64,000 bases of DNA. Origin: Anolis carolinensis. Taxonomy: Eukaryota. The translations under genes were made by a program, and so were the position numbers. The number at the start of each line of letters is the position of its first letter. The first letter of the stretch is position 1. The stretch spans positions 19,072,782 through 19,136,781 of the forward strand of contig NC_085842.1 in assembly GCF_035594765.1 (NCBI RefSeq). Reading direction: 5' to 3'. The notes beneath the pieces are model-generated. The model did not search any database, was not told the origin of the DNA, and saw only the letters and a program-made list of their open reading frames with translations. Positions 1 through 10,600 of the stretch are shown here, piece after piece.

Positions 1-150
1 GTGTTTTAAATTTATGGATTATATGCTAATTTATGTTATGGTTGGTTTGTTTCCTCATGTAAGCCGCCCCGAGTCCCTTCGGGGAGATGGATGTGGGGTA
101 CAAGAATAAAGTTGCTGTTGTTGTTGTCGTTGTTATAATTATTATTATTA
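1..150 (+). mobile_element. L2-type LINE 3' terminus
   Basis: tgtaagccgccccgagtcccttcggggag...aataaa(gtt/att)n, the same terminus as the RT-bearing L2 at 9245-10897. Confidence 0.65.
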
Positions 151-569
151 CCTTGCAAAGGTGTGTCCTTTCGGTGGAGACTTAGACTGGTGCCTGATGG
201 AGCTTTCCCTGTGGCAGGGAAATCATGCTGAACTTCCACAAAGAGCTTTTTCATCTGAAACAGTGTGAAGATTCAAGGTACAAAATGTGGAGAAGGATTA
301 GAGAATGTTGTACATTCCTGAGGGTTGCTGTCAACACTGTGGGGTTTAAATCAACCAACCAAGGATCTATCATTTCCTCTTTTCATCCACAATCCCCTCT
401 AGAAAAGAGGGATGTCTTACCTTGACGGGGAAAGAAATTTGTAGGGGTGAAGGAGAGCACATCCCATGCCTCAACCCACCACAGCCATACACTGCCAATG
501 AAGCCACCACACCAGCAAATCTGATTTTGCTTCAGTGGCAGGTAAAAGATTTGTGGCTTCCTTTCAAAA

Positions 570-826
570 CAAGATACTCCATTTAGGCAGAAAAAATGAA
601 ATGCAAAAATACAGACTAGGGGACACTTGGCTCAATAGCAATATGTGTGGAAAAGATCTTGGAGTCCTTGTGAACAACAAGTTAAGCATGAGTCAAATAT
701 GTCATGCGGTGGCTAAAAAAGCCAATGGGATTTTGGCCTACATAAATAGGAATCTAGTGTCTAGGGGGTTGGATTGGATTGGATGGCCCACAAGGTTTCT
801 TCCAACGCTATGATTCTATGATTCTA
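570..826 (+). mobile_element. CR1 LINE 3' fragment
   Basis: YRLGDTWL..KDLGVLVNNKLSMSQ.C.AVAKKANGIL is the CR1 ORF2 C-terminus; ends in (attctatg)n. Confidence 0.8.
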
Positions 827-844
827 AGACCAACAAGGAAGAAG

Positions 845-1020
845 CTGGGTTGTTGTATGTTTTCCAGACTGTATGGCCATGTTCCAGAAGTATTCTCTTC
901 TGATGTTTTGCCCACATCTATGGCAGGCATCCTCAGAGGTTGTGAGGTATATGCAGAGGTTGTGCCCGGAAAACATACACTAACCCTGTGATCCCAGCCA
1001 TGAAAGCCTTTGACAACACA
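845..1020. mobile_element. Penelope-like element terminal fragment with inverted end and decayed hammerhead
   Basis: 845-948 matches the Penelope-type sequence at 5165-5300. 965-1020 is an inverted terminus (ccatgaaagcctttgacaacac). Confidence 0.65.
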
Positions 1021-1836
1021 AGGAGGAAGCTGCTTATTTTAAAGCAGAACGTTGCTTCCAAGAGACATTGTCATCTAAGCGAACACTGAAGGCACCAAAT
1101 ATAAACAGAAATGAAACAAATATCCCCTGTGGCTCTGGGGATGGTAACAATAAAGACAAAAGAGACTGGAAAACTCAGGCACAGGGGCAGATGTCCTGCT
1201 CATCTGTTCCTTACAAATCAAATGCTCTAACCTGCTGCTCTTCTTCCTGCTTCTTGTTCTCTGCCCGACTCAGGAGGAAGCCTTCCGCCAGGGCCACCGC
1301 CTGGGAAGAGGTCTCTGCCCCACACTCTCGGACCCAGCTCCCCATCTCTGGGGGCAGGAGGCTCAGGAACTGCTCCAGGATCACCAGGTCCAGCATCTCA
1401 GCCTTGGTGTGTTGCTCTGGCTTCAGCCACTGGCGGCAAAGATGATGCAGTCGGCTGCACGCTTCTCGAGGGCCCTGCATCTCCTCGTAGGAGAATTGCC
1501 TGAAGTGCTGACACCGTATGTACAAACTGGTGAGGTCCATATCCAGAAATATCTGCATCCCAGAATTCCCCATTGCTCCCAGCGCTCATGCCATCAAAGC
1601 CTTTTTATGCTTTAGGACCAGCTGAGTCTGGTCTGTCCATCTCTCAATCAGTTTCCTATGGTGCTGCCTGGAGAATTGGACATTTTCCTTTTCTTCCAGG
1701 GCCAAGATGCCCTCATAATCCTCTGCTCCAAAAGTCTGTAAAGCCAAGACATAACACAATTATTATTCAGGAAGACCCTCGTTCCTGGCCAGACTGAAAT
1801 GTAAAACTATGGATACACCTGAACATGATTAAATTA

Positions 1837-2172
1837 CAGTGTTCCTTACTTTGCAGTTCACTTTTCACGGATTTGCTGTTTCATGGTTTTTCAATAAACT
1901 CTAAAAGACTATTATAAATCATAAAAAATTACAATTTACAACCTAAGGAAGAGAGGAAGGAGAAGCCAAAGGGAGAGAAAAGGAGCCCAAGTGGCAACGG
2001 GAGGAGAAGACAATTTATCAACACACAATTAGTTGCTAAAGACTTAAAATTGTGTATAACTACTAAAATAATGTATAAATATTAAAATAAATATAGCATC
2101 CCTACTTCGCGGATATTCACTTATTGCGGGTGGTCCTGGAACCTAAACCCCGCGATAAGTGAGGGAACACTG
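1837..2172. mobile_element. Tc1/mariner-superfamily MITE
   Basis: TA-cagtgttcc...gggaacactg-TA: terminal inverted repeats with TA target duplication. Confidence 0.75.
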
Positions 2173-2392
2173 TACCTCACTTCTGAACCCAGCTTAAAAC
2201 AGAAATGCACTGCAAAACCTGAATGTACTGCAAAAAAGAAGATCCATGGGGATTATAAAGAGATATGGTGAAAAAATAACACAAAGAGAAGTTGATGGAG
2301 CTTGGCACATTCTGCTTGGTGGAAAGACAACTGAGGCATGACATGTCTGAACCTTGAAAAAATTCAAGTACTTCCACAGCCACCTCAGAGGG

Positions 2393-3263
2393 CTTTTGCT
2401 TGTGAAACTCGGTGATTGCTGTCACAGGATGTTCCACTCTTTGTTTGTCACGCAAGTCAGATGTTACCACCTCAACATCTTTAAACTTACTTGCCCAGTA
2501 CTCACATCAACACAATCATCACAAACAGCTTGCATTCTCTGATGAATCTCCTTTGGGGTGACACCTTCTGCTGTCAAGAATTCAGTGACTGCACGTTGCT
2601 TAAGTTGCATTGACCGACCGTCTGTGCAGGGTTCCATACTTTGCACTTGAACAACACAACCGTTCAATGCTAAGGCTTCCCGCCAAATATGTCAGCGGGG
2701 ATGATGGGTAGCAGAGTGAAATCCAAAAATTCACCATCCCGGTTCACCACCTTCTCCAGGCTGTCTCCCGTGTGGAAAAAACAGCACTGGACAAACACAC
2801 TCCAGCAGACGAGGATTCGGTTGGAAATCCAACGGCAATCAATCTTTATTTACAAGACTATATACAAAATAGAGTCCTTCTTTCCATGAGTGCTCGCCGA
2901 AGCGACTCATGCACACACAGCACACTGCTCAACAGCTCTTCTCCGCTCTACTCAGGAAACTCCTCTGCATTCCACAGGAACAGGAAAGAAAGTCCCGGTC
3001 AAAACAAACTTGACCCCATTGGTCCTGTGATACATCAATCATAGCAGACTCTCATTAACTCCATAACTGCTGAAATGCCTTGCCGGAAAAACTAACACAT
3101 AAGGCATTTCTAATAACCCAGATTGATTTTAACATTTCACAATACACAAAACCCTGACAAAATAGAACTGTAGAGAGTCTACTGAACAAGCCAGTACCTG
3201 CTGCATACCAGTACTGCCATCTGTTGAGGAGTTATGAAGACATTACTTTTCATTCAATCCTCG
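2393..3263 (-). mobile_element. Mariner transposon 5' part, split by a solo LTR
   Basis: MQLKQRAVTEFLTAEGVTPKEIHQRM HTH fragment, homologous to 61232-61838. Terminus cattacttttcattcaatcctcg-TA at 3263. Confidence 0.8.
2690..3159 (-). mobile_element. Solo LTR, 470 bp (Gypsy-like)
   Basis: tgtcag...ctgaca termini; 5-bp TSD AAATA (2685-2689, 3160-3164); minus-strand AATAAA near 2845; the uninterrupted mariner is visible at ~61755. Confidence 0.8.
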
Positions 3264-3570
3264 TATATAGGATGGCTGTGCAGAACAAATTTTAACAGGT
3301 ATTGCTTTTGTAATGAATTATGCTGAAATTCCATCTAATATACAATTGCTATAGGTATAGGAGTCCTTGCTAGTTTTCTCTCTGGCAACCCTAGCTCCTG
3401 TCAGCAATGCTATAGGAAAGGCTGCACACCTGCCTGCTCAGCGTTCACATGAGGAAACAGAGGAGGAAGGCACCATAATGGCTTTACAGTCAAACTCTTG
3501 GACCAGCCAAGATCCTTGCTGGTGATACTCTTGCTAGAAACCCTGCACTGAACTGGGTTCAATGGCTTGG

Positions 3571-3573
<3 letters not shown>

Positions 3574-3602
<29 letters not shown>
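3574..3602. repeat. (GT)n microsatellite
   Basis: Direct reading. Confidence 0.95.
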
Positions 3603-4050
3603 GAGAGGGGGTGTGTCCAACTTTATAAAGTGCTGAATGTGGACTATAACCTTAAAAAGCCTTACATGATTTCGGTCCACATTACCTACAGGGTCACCTT
3701 CTTCCATATAACCTACTTTGAACATTGAAGTCCTGAAGACTTTCTGTATATACATCAGATTTTAATATGAATGTCAATAATACGTAGTATAATCTTACAT
3801 AGGATTTGTGCTACATTAGAGCAGTAAAGAGATATCACTTAAGTAAGAGAAACATTAAATAACCAAAATAAAATAAAATACTCATCCAACCAGCCAGAAC
3901 CAGTTGGCAACCATTGCCCAGGGGGCCTTAATGGATTGTGGGATGACCTGATGGGAGAGATCCAACACCTAAATGAGCTGTCAGCATTCAAGGCAAAACT
4001 ATATTTCCACCAGACCTACCCAATCCATTTTAAACAATAAATTTCAATAT

Positions 4051-4170
4051 ACTGTCGAAGGCTTTCATGGCCGGAATCACTGGGGTGTTGTGTGGTTCCT
4101 GGGCTATATGGCCAATGTGTTCTAGCAGTATTTTCTCCTGACGTTTCACCTGCATCTATGGCTGGCATCT
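4051..4170 (-). mobile_element. Penelope-like terminal fragment (hammerhead truncated)
   Basis: tgtcgaaggctttcatggccggaatcactggg...ctgacgtttcacctgcatctatgg; breaks off before the CUGA box. Confidence 0.7.
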
Positions 4171-4245
4171 GTTGGAGGTGGAGCAAATGGAGTGTGTGTG
4201 TGTGTATGTGTATATATGTGTATGTGTGTGTATATATTATATATA

Positions 4246-4567
4246 TAGAGTCTCGCTTATCCAACGTTCTGTATTATCCAACGCAGTCTGCCTTTTAGTG
4301 GTCAATGCTTTTGTAGCCAATGTTTTCAATACACTGCGATGTTTTGGTGCTAAATTCGTAAATACAATAATTACTACATAACATTACCGTGTATTGAACT
4401 GTTTTTCTGTCAATTTGTTGTAAAACATGATGTTTTGGTGCTTAATTTGTAAAATCATAACCTAATTTGACGTTTAATAGGCTTTTCCTTACTCCCTCCT
4501 TATCCAACATTTTCGCTTATCCAACGTTCTGCCGGCCCGTTTATGTTGGATAAGCGAGATTCTACTG
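4246..4567. mobile_element. Tc1/mariner (pogo/Tigger-like) MITE
   Basis: TIR (cag)tagagtctcgcttatccaac...gttggataagcgagattctactg-TA; same family as 6253-6575 and 6756-7043. Confidence 0.8.
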
Positions 4568-4814
4568 TATATACACACATACATACATACCACCCTCTGC
4601 CATGCATAGCAATTGATGCTCAGTCTTTTAAAGTAACTGTCATGTTATGTTGTTTTATCTTATGTTGTACTGTTTTTAACATTTTATTGTTTAATTATTG
4701 TGTATGCAATGTAATGTTATGTTGTTGTTCAAGTTTGTCCCTGTATAAGCCACCCTGAGTCCCTTCGGGGAGATGGTGGTGGGATATAAAAACAAAGTTG
4801 TTGTTATTATTATT

Positions 4815-5087
4815 ATTTGTGTCAGGAGCGACTTGAGAAACTGCAAGTCACTTCTGGTGTGAGAGAATAGGTTGTCTGCAAGGACGTTGCCCAGGAGACG
4901 CCCAGATGTTTTGATGTTTTCTACCATCCTTGTGGGAGGCTTCTCTCATGTTCCCGCATGGAGCTGGAGCTGATAGAGGGAGCTCATCTGCGCTCTCCCC
5001 GGGTTGGTTTTGAACCTAGCAGCCTTCAGGTCAGCAACCCAACCTTCAAGTCACAAGGCTTTAACCCACTATACCACCGGGGGCTCC
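4815..5087 (-). mobile_element. tRNA-derived SINE (AnolisSINE2-like)
   Basis: Minus strand begins ggagcccccggtggtatagtgg (A box), then ggttcaaaacc (B box); 3' end cttgcagtttctcaagtcgctcctgacac. Confidence 0.7.
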
Positions 5088-5104
5088 TCATTATTATTAT
5101 TACC

Positions 5105-5480
5105 AGGGTAGAATGTCCAGGTTGGGAGAAAGAACCCTTGTCTGTCAAAGAGAGTGTGGCTGTTGTATTGTCGAAGGCTTTCATGGCCAGAATCACTGGG
5201 GTGCTGTGAGTTTTCTGGGGCTTAGGGCCACGTTCCAGAAGCATTCTCTCCTGACGTTTCGCCCACATCTATGGCAGGCACCCTCAGAGGTTGTGAGGTC
5301 TGTTGGAAACTAGGCAAGTGGGGTTGATATATCTGTGACTGTGGAAAGTCCAGGGTGGGAGAAAAAAACTCTTGTCTGTTGGAGGCAAGTGTGAACGTTG
5401 CAATTAATCACCTGATTAGCATTTACTGGCCTTGCAGCTTCAAAGCCTGGCTGCTTCCTGCCTGGGGGAATCCTTTGTGG
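5105..5480 (-). mobile_element. Penelope-like element 3' region with hammerhead motif (core mutated)
   Basis: Same sequence as 39487-39800 and 61940-62310. The hammerhead box reads CUGAGGG instead of CUGAGGA (position 5281). Confidence 0.75.
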
Positions 5481-5539
5481 AGAGGTGTGAGTGTTGTAAT
5501 CAGCAAGATAGAATTAGCATTGGGATGGCCATTAGAGTC

Positions 5540-5795
5540 GTCCTCTCACCCTTCCCTTCCCCTGCCAGCCTCACCCGTCCTTCTCCTCCTATTCGCCTCC
5601 GGGGTTCTCACGGGAGAAGGGATGTTTCTGGGGGTCCCCTTTGGAAGTGGCTTCCTCAGCAGGACTTCCGCTTCCGCTTCCCGTCACGTGACTGAAGCCC
5701 CGCCAGTCCTCTTCCTCAGAGTCGTCCAGTCAGAGCGGGCTTCGCGAGGAAGAAGGTGCCACTCTCTGAAGCATATTGGTTGCTAGGAGACGGTA
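5540..5795. promoter_or_regulatory. CpG-rich, probably bidirectional promoter of copy A
   Basis: Tandem ETS/GABP-type ACTTCCGCTTCCGCTTCC at 5664; palindromic E-box GTCACGTGAC 5683-5692; GC box 5697; ATTGG 5775; RFX-like GTTGCTAGGAGAC 5779. Candidate donors: cg|gtattg on + (5793) and cgg|gtgagg on - (5574). Confidence 0.7.
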
Positions 5796-5806
5796 TTGTT
5801 CTATAG

Positions 5807-5932
5807 CAGGCCTGGGCCAACTTGGGCCCTCCCTCCCTCCAGGTGTTTTGGACTCCAACTCCCACAATTCCTAACAGCCGGTAGTTGGAGTCCAAAACAC
5901 CTGGAGGGAGGGCCCAAGTTGGCCCAGGCCTG
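5807..5932. mobile_element. Palindromic hAT-type MITE (also at ~19652, ~40124, ~62638)
   Basis: caggcctgggccaacttgggccc...gggcccaagttggcccaggcctg long inverted arms; followed by a short minus-strand CR1 scrap (VQRRATQIIKGLENKFYEERLKE). Confidence 0.7.
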
Positions 5933-6252
5933 CTAAACGCTCTTTAAGCCGCTCCTCATAGAACTTGTTCTCCAGACCCTTGATTATTTGAGTTGCCCTC
6001 CTCTGGACACTTGGCTCATGTTTAACTTGTTGTCCACGAGGACTCCATATAAAATCTAGATTATCTGCTTTGGGCTGGATTATATGGAAGTACAGACTCA
6101 TATAATTCAGTTCAAAGCGTGTGAGTTGTCTGCTTTGATAATTTGGATTATATGGCAGTGCAAAAGGAGCTTTAGAAATGCCCTCCCAATTCCTGCCCTA
6201 TGTAGTATGACTTCAACATGCATGGAAACGATTAGGTTTTCAAAAGTATATA

Positions 6253-6575
6253 GAGTAGAGTCTCACTTATCCAAGCCTCGCTTATCCAAGCCTCTGGATA
6301 ATCCAAGCCATTTTTGTAGTCAATGTTTTCAATACATCGTGATATTTTGGTGCTAAATTCGTAAATACAGTAATTACTACATAGCATTACTGCGTATTGA
6401 ACTACTTTTTCTGTCAAATTTGTTGTATAACATGATGTTTTGGTGCTTAATTTGTAAAATCATAACCTAATTTGATGTTTAATAGGCTTTTCCTTTATCC
6501 CTCCTTGCTATCCAACATATTCGCTTATCCAACATTCTGCCAGGCTGTTTATGTTGCATAAGTGAGACTCTAGTG
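6253..6575. mobile_element. Tc1/mariner MITE, present only in copy A
   Basis: TA-gagtagagtctcacttat...gtgagactctagtg-TA. Copies B, C and D have TACTGTA at this site. Confidence 0.85.
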
Positions 6576-6755
6576 TAATGTCTTTTCATAACATTCATAA
6601 TTTTACTCCCAGACTGTAGCTTTCTTTTTTATTATTTCCATACCTTTATTCTTTATTCCTTTAGCCGGCCATAGTCTCCTTTGTTTATGCCTTCCCCAGC
6701 ACTTTAATGGGATAATCCTTTTGTATCGTCCTCTCCCCGACTGTATCTGATACTA

Positions 6756-7043
6756 CAGTAGAGTCTCACTTATCCAACATAAACAGGCTGGCAGAACGTT
6801 GGATAAGCGAATATGTTGGATAGTAAGGAGGGATAAAGGAAAAGCCTATTAAACATCAAATCATGTTATACAACAAATTTGACAGAAAAAGTAGTTCAAT
6901 ACACAGTAATGCTATGTAGTAATTGCTGTATTTACGAATTTAGCACCAAAATATCATGATATATTGAAAACATTGACTACAAAAATGGCTTGGATAATCC
7001 AGAAGCTTGGATAAGCGAGTGTTGGATAAGTGAGACTCTACTG
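6756..7043. mobile_element. Tc1/mariner MITE, copy A-specific insertion
   Basis: Perfect TIR cagtagagtctcacttatccaac with TA TSD; clean empty site gatacTActagc at ~20285 in copy B. Confidence 0.9.
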
Positions 7044-7630
7044 TACTAGCACTTTTATGGCCCAGTTCTTTTTAGGAGCCAACCCAGGATTTTATCAAGC
7101 ATGCTTGTTTTGTATGATCTTATTTGTTTTATGACTTTCTTTATTGTTGATTGATTTGTTTTATTGTTGTGTTTTATATTGTCTGTTTTGCCTGGGCTTG
7201 GCCCCTTGTAAGCCGCCCCGAGTCCTCGTGGGGAGATGGGGCGGGTTTAAAAATAAAATTATTATTATTATTATTATTTCCACCCCTCCATGTACTTTGT
7301 TCCCTGAACTGTAAATCACACCTACTAACCCTTGACATCACTCCTTCCTTACTTAGGCGATTCCTCTGTTGTCCAGCCTTCCAAGTGTAGTGCCTTGGCG
7401 ATGGGTATGTGAATATGTTGCATGAAAAAACTAGCCCCGGGTCCTTGGTCCTTAATTCAAGATTCATGGCAAAATGTTATCCCTTGAGAGTATTCATATG
7501 AGCTCGTTCATCTTCTTTGGTTTGCAGGCCCCACCAGTTCTCCCAGTCCTCTCACTCTGAATGTCATCTGAGAGAAGAGGTGGATGTATCTTCATCCAGA
7601 CTGAAGGCAGCCTAGAAGCGCAGAACCAAG

Positions 7631-10600
7631 ATGGAAGGGCAAGAGCCAGCTGCCTCCCAGTTAGAAGTATGTTTTTCTACTATTGAGGAAGAGAACAATA
7701 AAGCATTCTGGGAGGACTCTTGGAAGAAAGACTGGGAGAGCAGTCCGCTCCATCCAGTCCTTCAGGGCCAGCGCTTCCAGCATTTCCGCTATGAGGAGGC
7801 CTTGGGGCCCCGGGAGGTTTGCAGCCGCCTCCACTCTCTCTGCCGCCTGTGGCTGAAGCCAGAGCGACACTCCAAGGCGGAGATGCTGGACCTGGTGCTC
7901 CTGGAGCAGTTCCTGGCCGTCCTTCCTGCGGAGATGGAGCGCTGGGTGAGGGAATGTGGGGCAGAGACCAGTTCCCAGGCCGTGGCTTTGGCTGAAGGAT
8001 TCCTCCTGAGTCGGGAAGAGGAGAGGAAGTGGGAGAAGCCCCAGGTAAGAGAGAGGTTCATCTTGTAGTTTCAATGAATCAAGAATAATTGTTTTGAAGG
8101 ATTTAAGAATAATAGAAACAAGTTGGAATGAGTTCAGAGAAGCATTAAAAAAGGAGGACCCTGGAAAAGAGACGTGGAGTGCCATGACTGTCCCCTTTGA
8201 ATCCCCGAGGGCTCTCATGGAGAGGAGGGGGCAGTCCTCTCCATTCCCTAAGGTGGTATAACCAGGTATAGTGAGCTGAAGTTATAGGATGGCAAATTTT
8301 GAAGATTAAAGGGAACATATTGATAATTCCAGCCATGTGTATGTTATTCACAGGTAGAGATAGCGCAACAGGGACCTGAAAGCACAGATATTCAGACTTA
8401 GGTTACTCAGTCCGAGAGCCCCTCTTGGGTAGCCCCAATTACAACCCCAGGATTATGTAAACCACTTCCTTCATCTCTGCAGTAGCCGTTTTTCTTCAGA
8501 TCAAGTCCTGAAGCAGAGTGCAGTGCCCAAACAAAGGAAAGAGAATGAAGAAAACCAGTCTTAGTCCCAAGCTGTCTGGAACAGGTTGCAGAAAGAGAGC
8601 CCTCCCTCCTTTTCTAATCTTTATTTTTCTTTGTGATCTGTGCTTCTTGTTCAGGTGCAGGACTCTTGTACAGATGAGATCAACAAGTTGGAGGAGTTTC
8701 CTTCAGACACTATGTGCGTTTCCCAGATTGGAGAAGGCGAATCTATCACATTTGGTAAGGGATGGCCAGTGGTCCTTCTTGCTTGCTCACCTCCTCTTGA
8801 GTAGACCTGAAATGTCTGAGCTGTGTGAACTGAAAAAAATTGGGAAGCCTGGGAGCTTAAAATGCTGTTGACATGAGACATGTCTCCATAATACTTATTT
8901 GTTCCACTTTATTTATTTATTATGGGAGCCCCAGTGGCGAAGTGCATTAAAGCACTGAGCTGGAGACAGAAAGGTCCCAGGTTCTATCCCCGGGAGCGGT
9001 GTGAGCGGCCGCTGTTAGCTACAGCTCTTGCTAACCTAGCAGTTCAAAAACATGCCAATGTGAATAGATCAATAGGTACCTCTCCGGCGGGAAGGTAACG
9101 GCGCTCCATGCCGTCATGCCGGCCGCATGACCTTGGAGGTGTCTATGGACAACGCCGGCTCTTCGGCTTAGAAATGGAGATGAGCACCAACTCCCAGAGT
9201 CAGACATGACTGGACTTAACATCAGGGGAAAACCTTTACCTATTTATTTATTCTTTATTTCTATCTCGCCGTTCTCACCCGAAGGGACTCAGGGCGGCTT
9301 ACAAAACTGGCAGAATTTGATGCCAATATACAACAATACAAAAGAATAAAACAAGCAGTTAAAAACAGTAAAAACAATACAAAATATTTGAGCCATTCAT
9401 CCACAGAACCTTGTACATAAACCTTAGTTCAGACCGAGTCAAAGCCAACAAAACTTAATCTTTGAACACTTGCTCGCATAGCCAGGTCTTCACTTTCTTT
9501 CTAAAACTCAAAAGGGATGGAGCCTGCCAGATGTCACTAGGGAGGGAGTTCCACAGCCAAGGAGCCACCACTGAGAAGGCCTTGTCTCTCATCCCCGCTA
9601 GCCACACTTGTGCGGCTGGTGGGACCGAGAGCAGGGCCTCCCCTGAAGATCTTAAATTATGTTGTAGGTCATAGTGGGAGACACGTTTGGACAGGTAAGC
9701 TGGGCCAGAGCCGTTTAGAGCTTTATAGGCTAAAGCCAGCACTTTGAATCGTGCTCGGTAGCTAATCGGCAGTCAATGAAGCTGACATAACAGAGGAATA
9801 GTGCTCTCCCTGTACACTGCTCTGGTTAACAACTTGGCTGCCTCCCGTTGGACTAATTGAAGCTTCCGAACAGTCTTCAAAGGCAGCCCCACGTAGAGTG
9901 CGTTGCAGTAGTCTAATTGGGATGTAACAAGAGTGTGGACCACCGTGGCCAAGTCTGGCTTTTCATGGTACGTGCGCAGCTGGCGCACAAGTTTTAGCTG
10001 TGTGAAGTCTCCCCTATCCACCGCTGAGACCTGGGGCTCCAGGCTCAACGATGAGTCTAGGATCACCTCCAGACTGCGCACCTGCGTCTTCAAGGGAAGT
10101 GTGACCCCATCCAGCACAGGCTGTAACCCTATACCCTGTTTGGCCTTCTGACTGACCAGGAGGACCTATGTCTTGTCTGGATTCAGTTTCAGTTTGTTGG
10201 CCCTCATCCAGTCCGACATAGCGACCAAGCACCGGTTCAGGACCTGAACAGCCTCCTTAATGACAGGTGGAAAGGAGTGACAGATTGGACATCATCTGCA
10301 TAGAGATGACACCGCACTCCGAAACTCCGGATGATCTCTCCTAGCGGCTTCATGTAGATATTAAACAACATGGGGGACAGTACAGAACCCTGCGGGACCC
10401 AACAAGTCAATGGTTGTGGGGCTGAGCAGGAGTCCCCCAGTGACACCATCTGGGACCGACCTTCCAGGAATGAGTGGAGCCACTGCAAAGCAGTACCTCC
10501 AAGGTCCATCTCCACGAGGCGTCTCAGAAGGATACTGTGGTCAACTGTATTGAAGGCCACTGTGAGGTCCAGCAGAACCAGCAGGGACACACTCCCCCTA

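Larger units (their letters stand above)
152..1640 (-). pseudogene. SCAN-domain (ZSCAN/ZKSCAN-like) gene, 5' coding exons, N-terminus disrupted; continues beyond the window start
   Basis: SCAN exon 1735-1232 (acceptor ttacag|, donor cag|gttaga) encodes [62 protein letters not shown]. Next exon 254-152 (tttcag|ATGAAA...caag|gtaata) is in phase. The presumed ancestral ATG at 1640 (MDRPDSAGPKA) hits TAA at 1607-1605 and needs a frameshift after GEFW to reach the SCAN frame. ATG 1573 could still give a shortened protein. Confidence 0.7.

Noticed and set aside
5355-5786. ORFs across the promoter (also 39798 and 62306)
   Set aside because: Non-ATG starts, begin in Penelope sequence, and lengths vary between copies.
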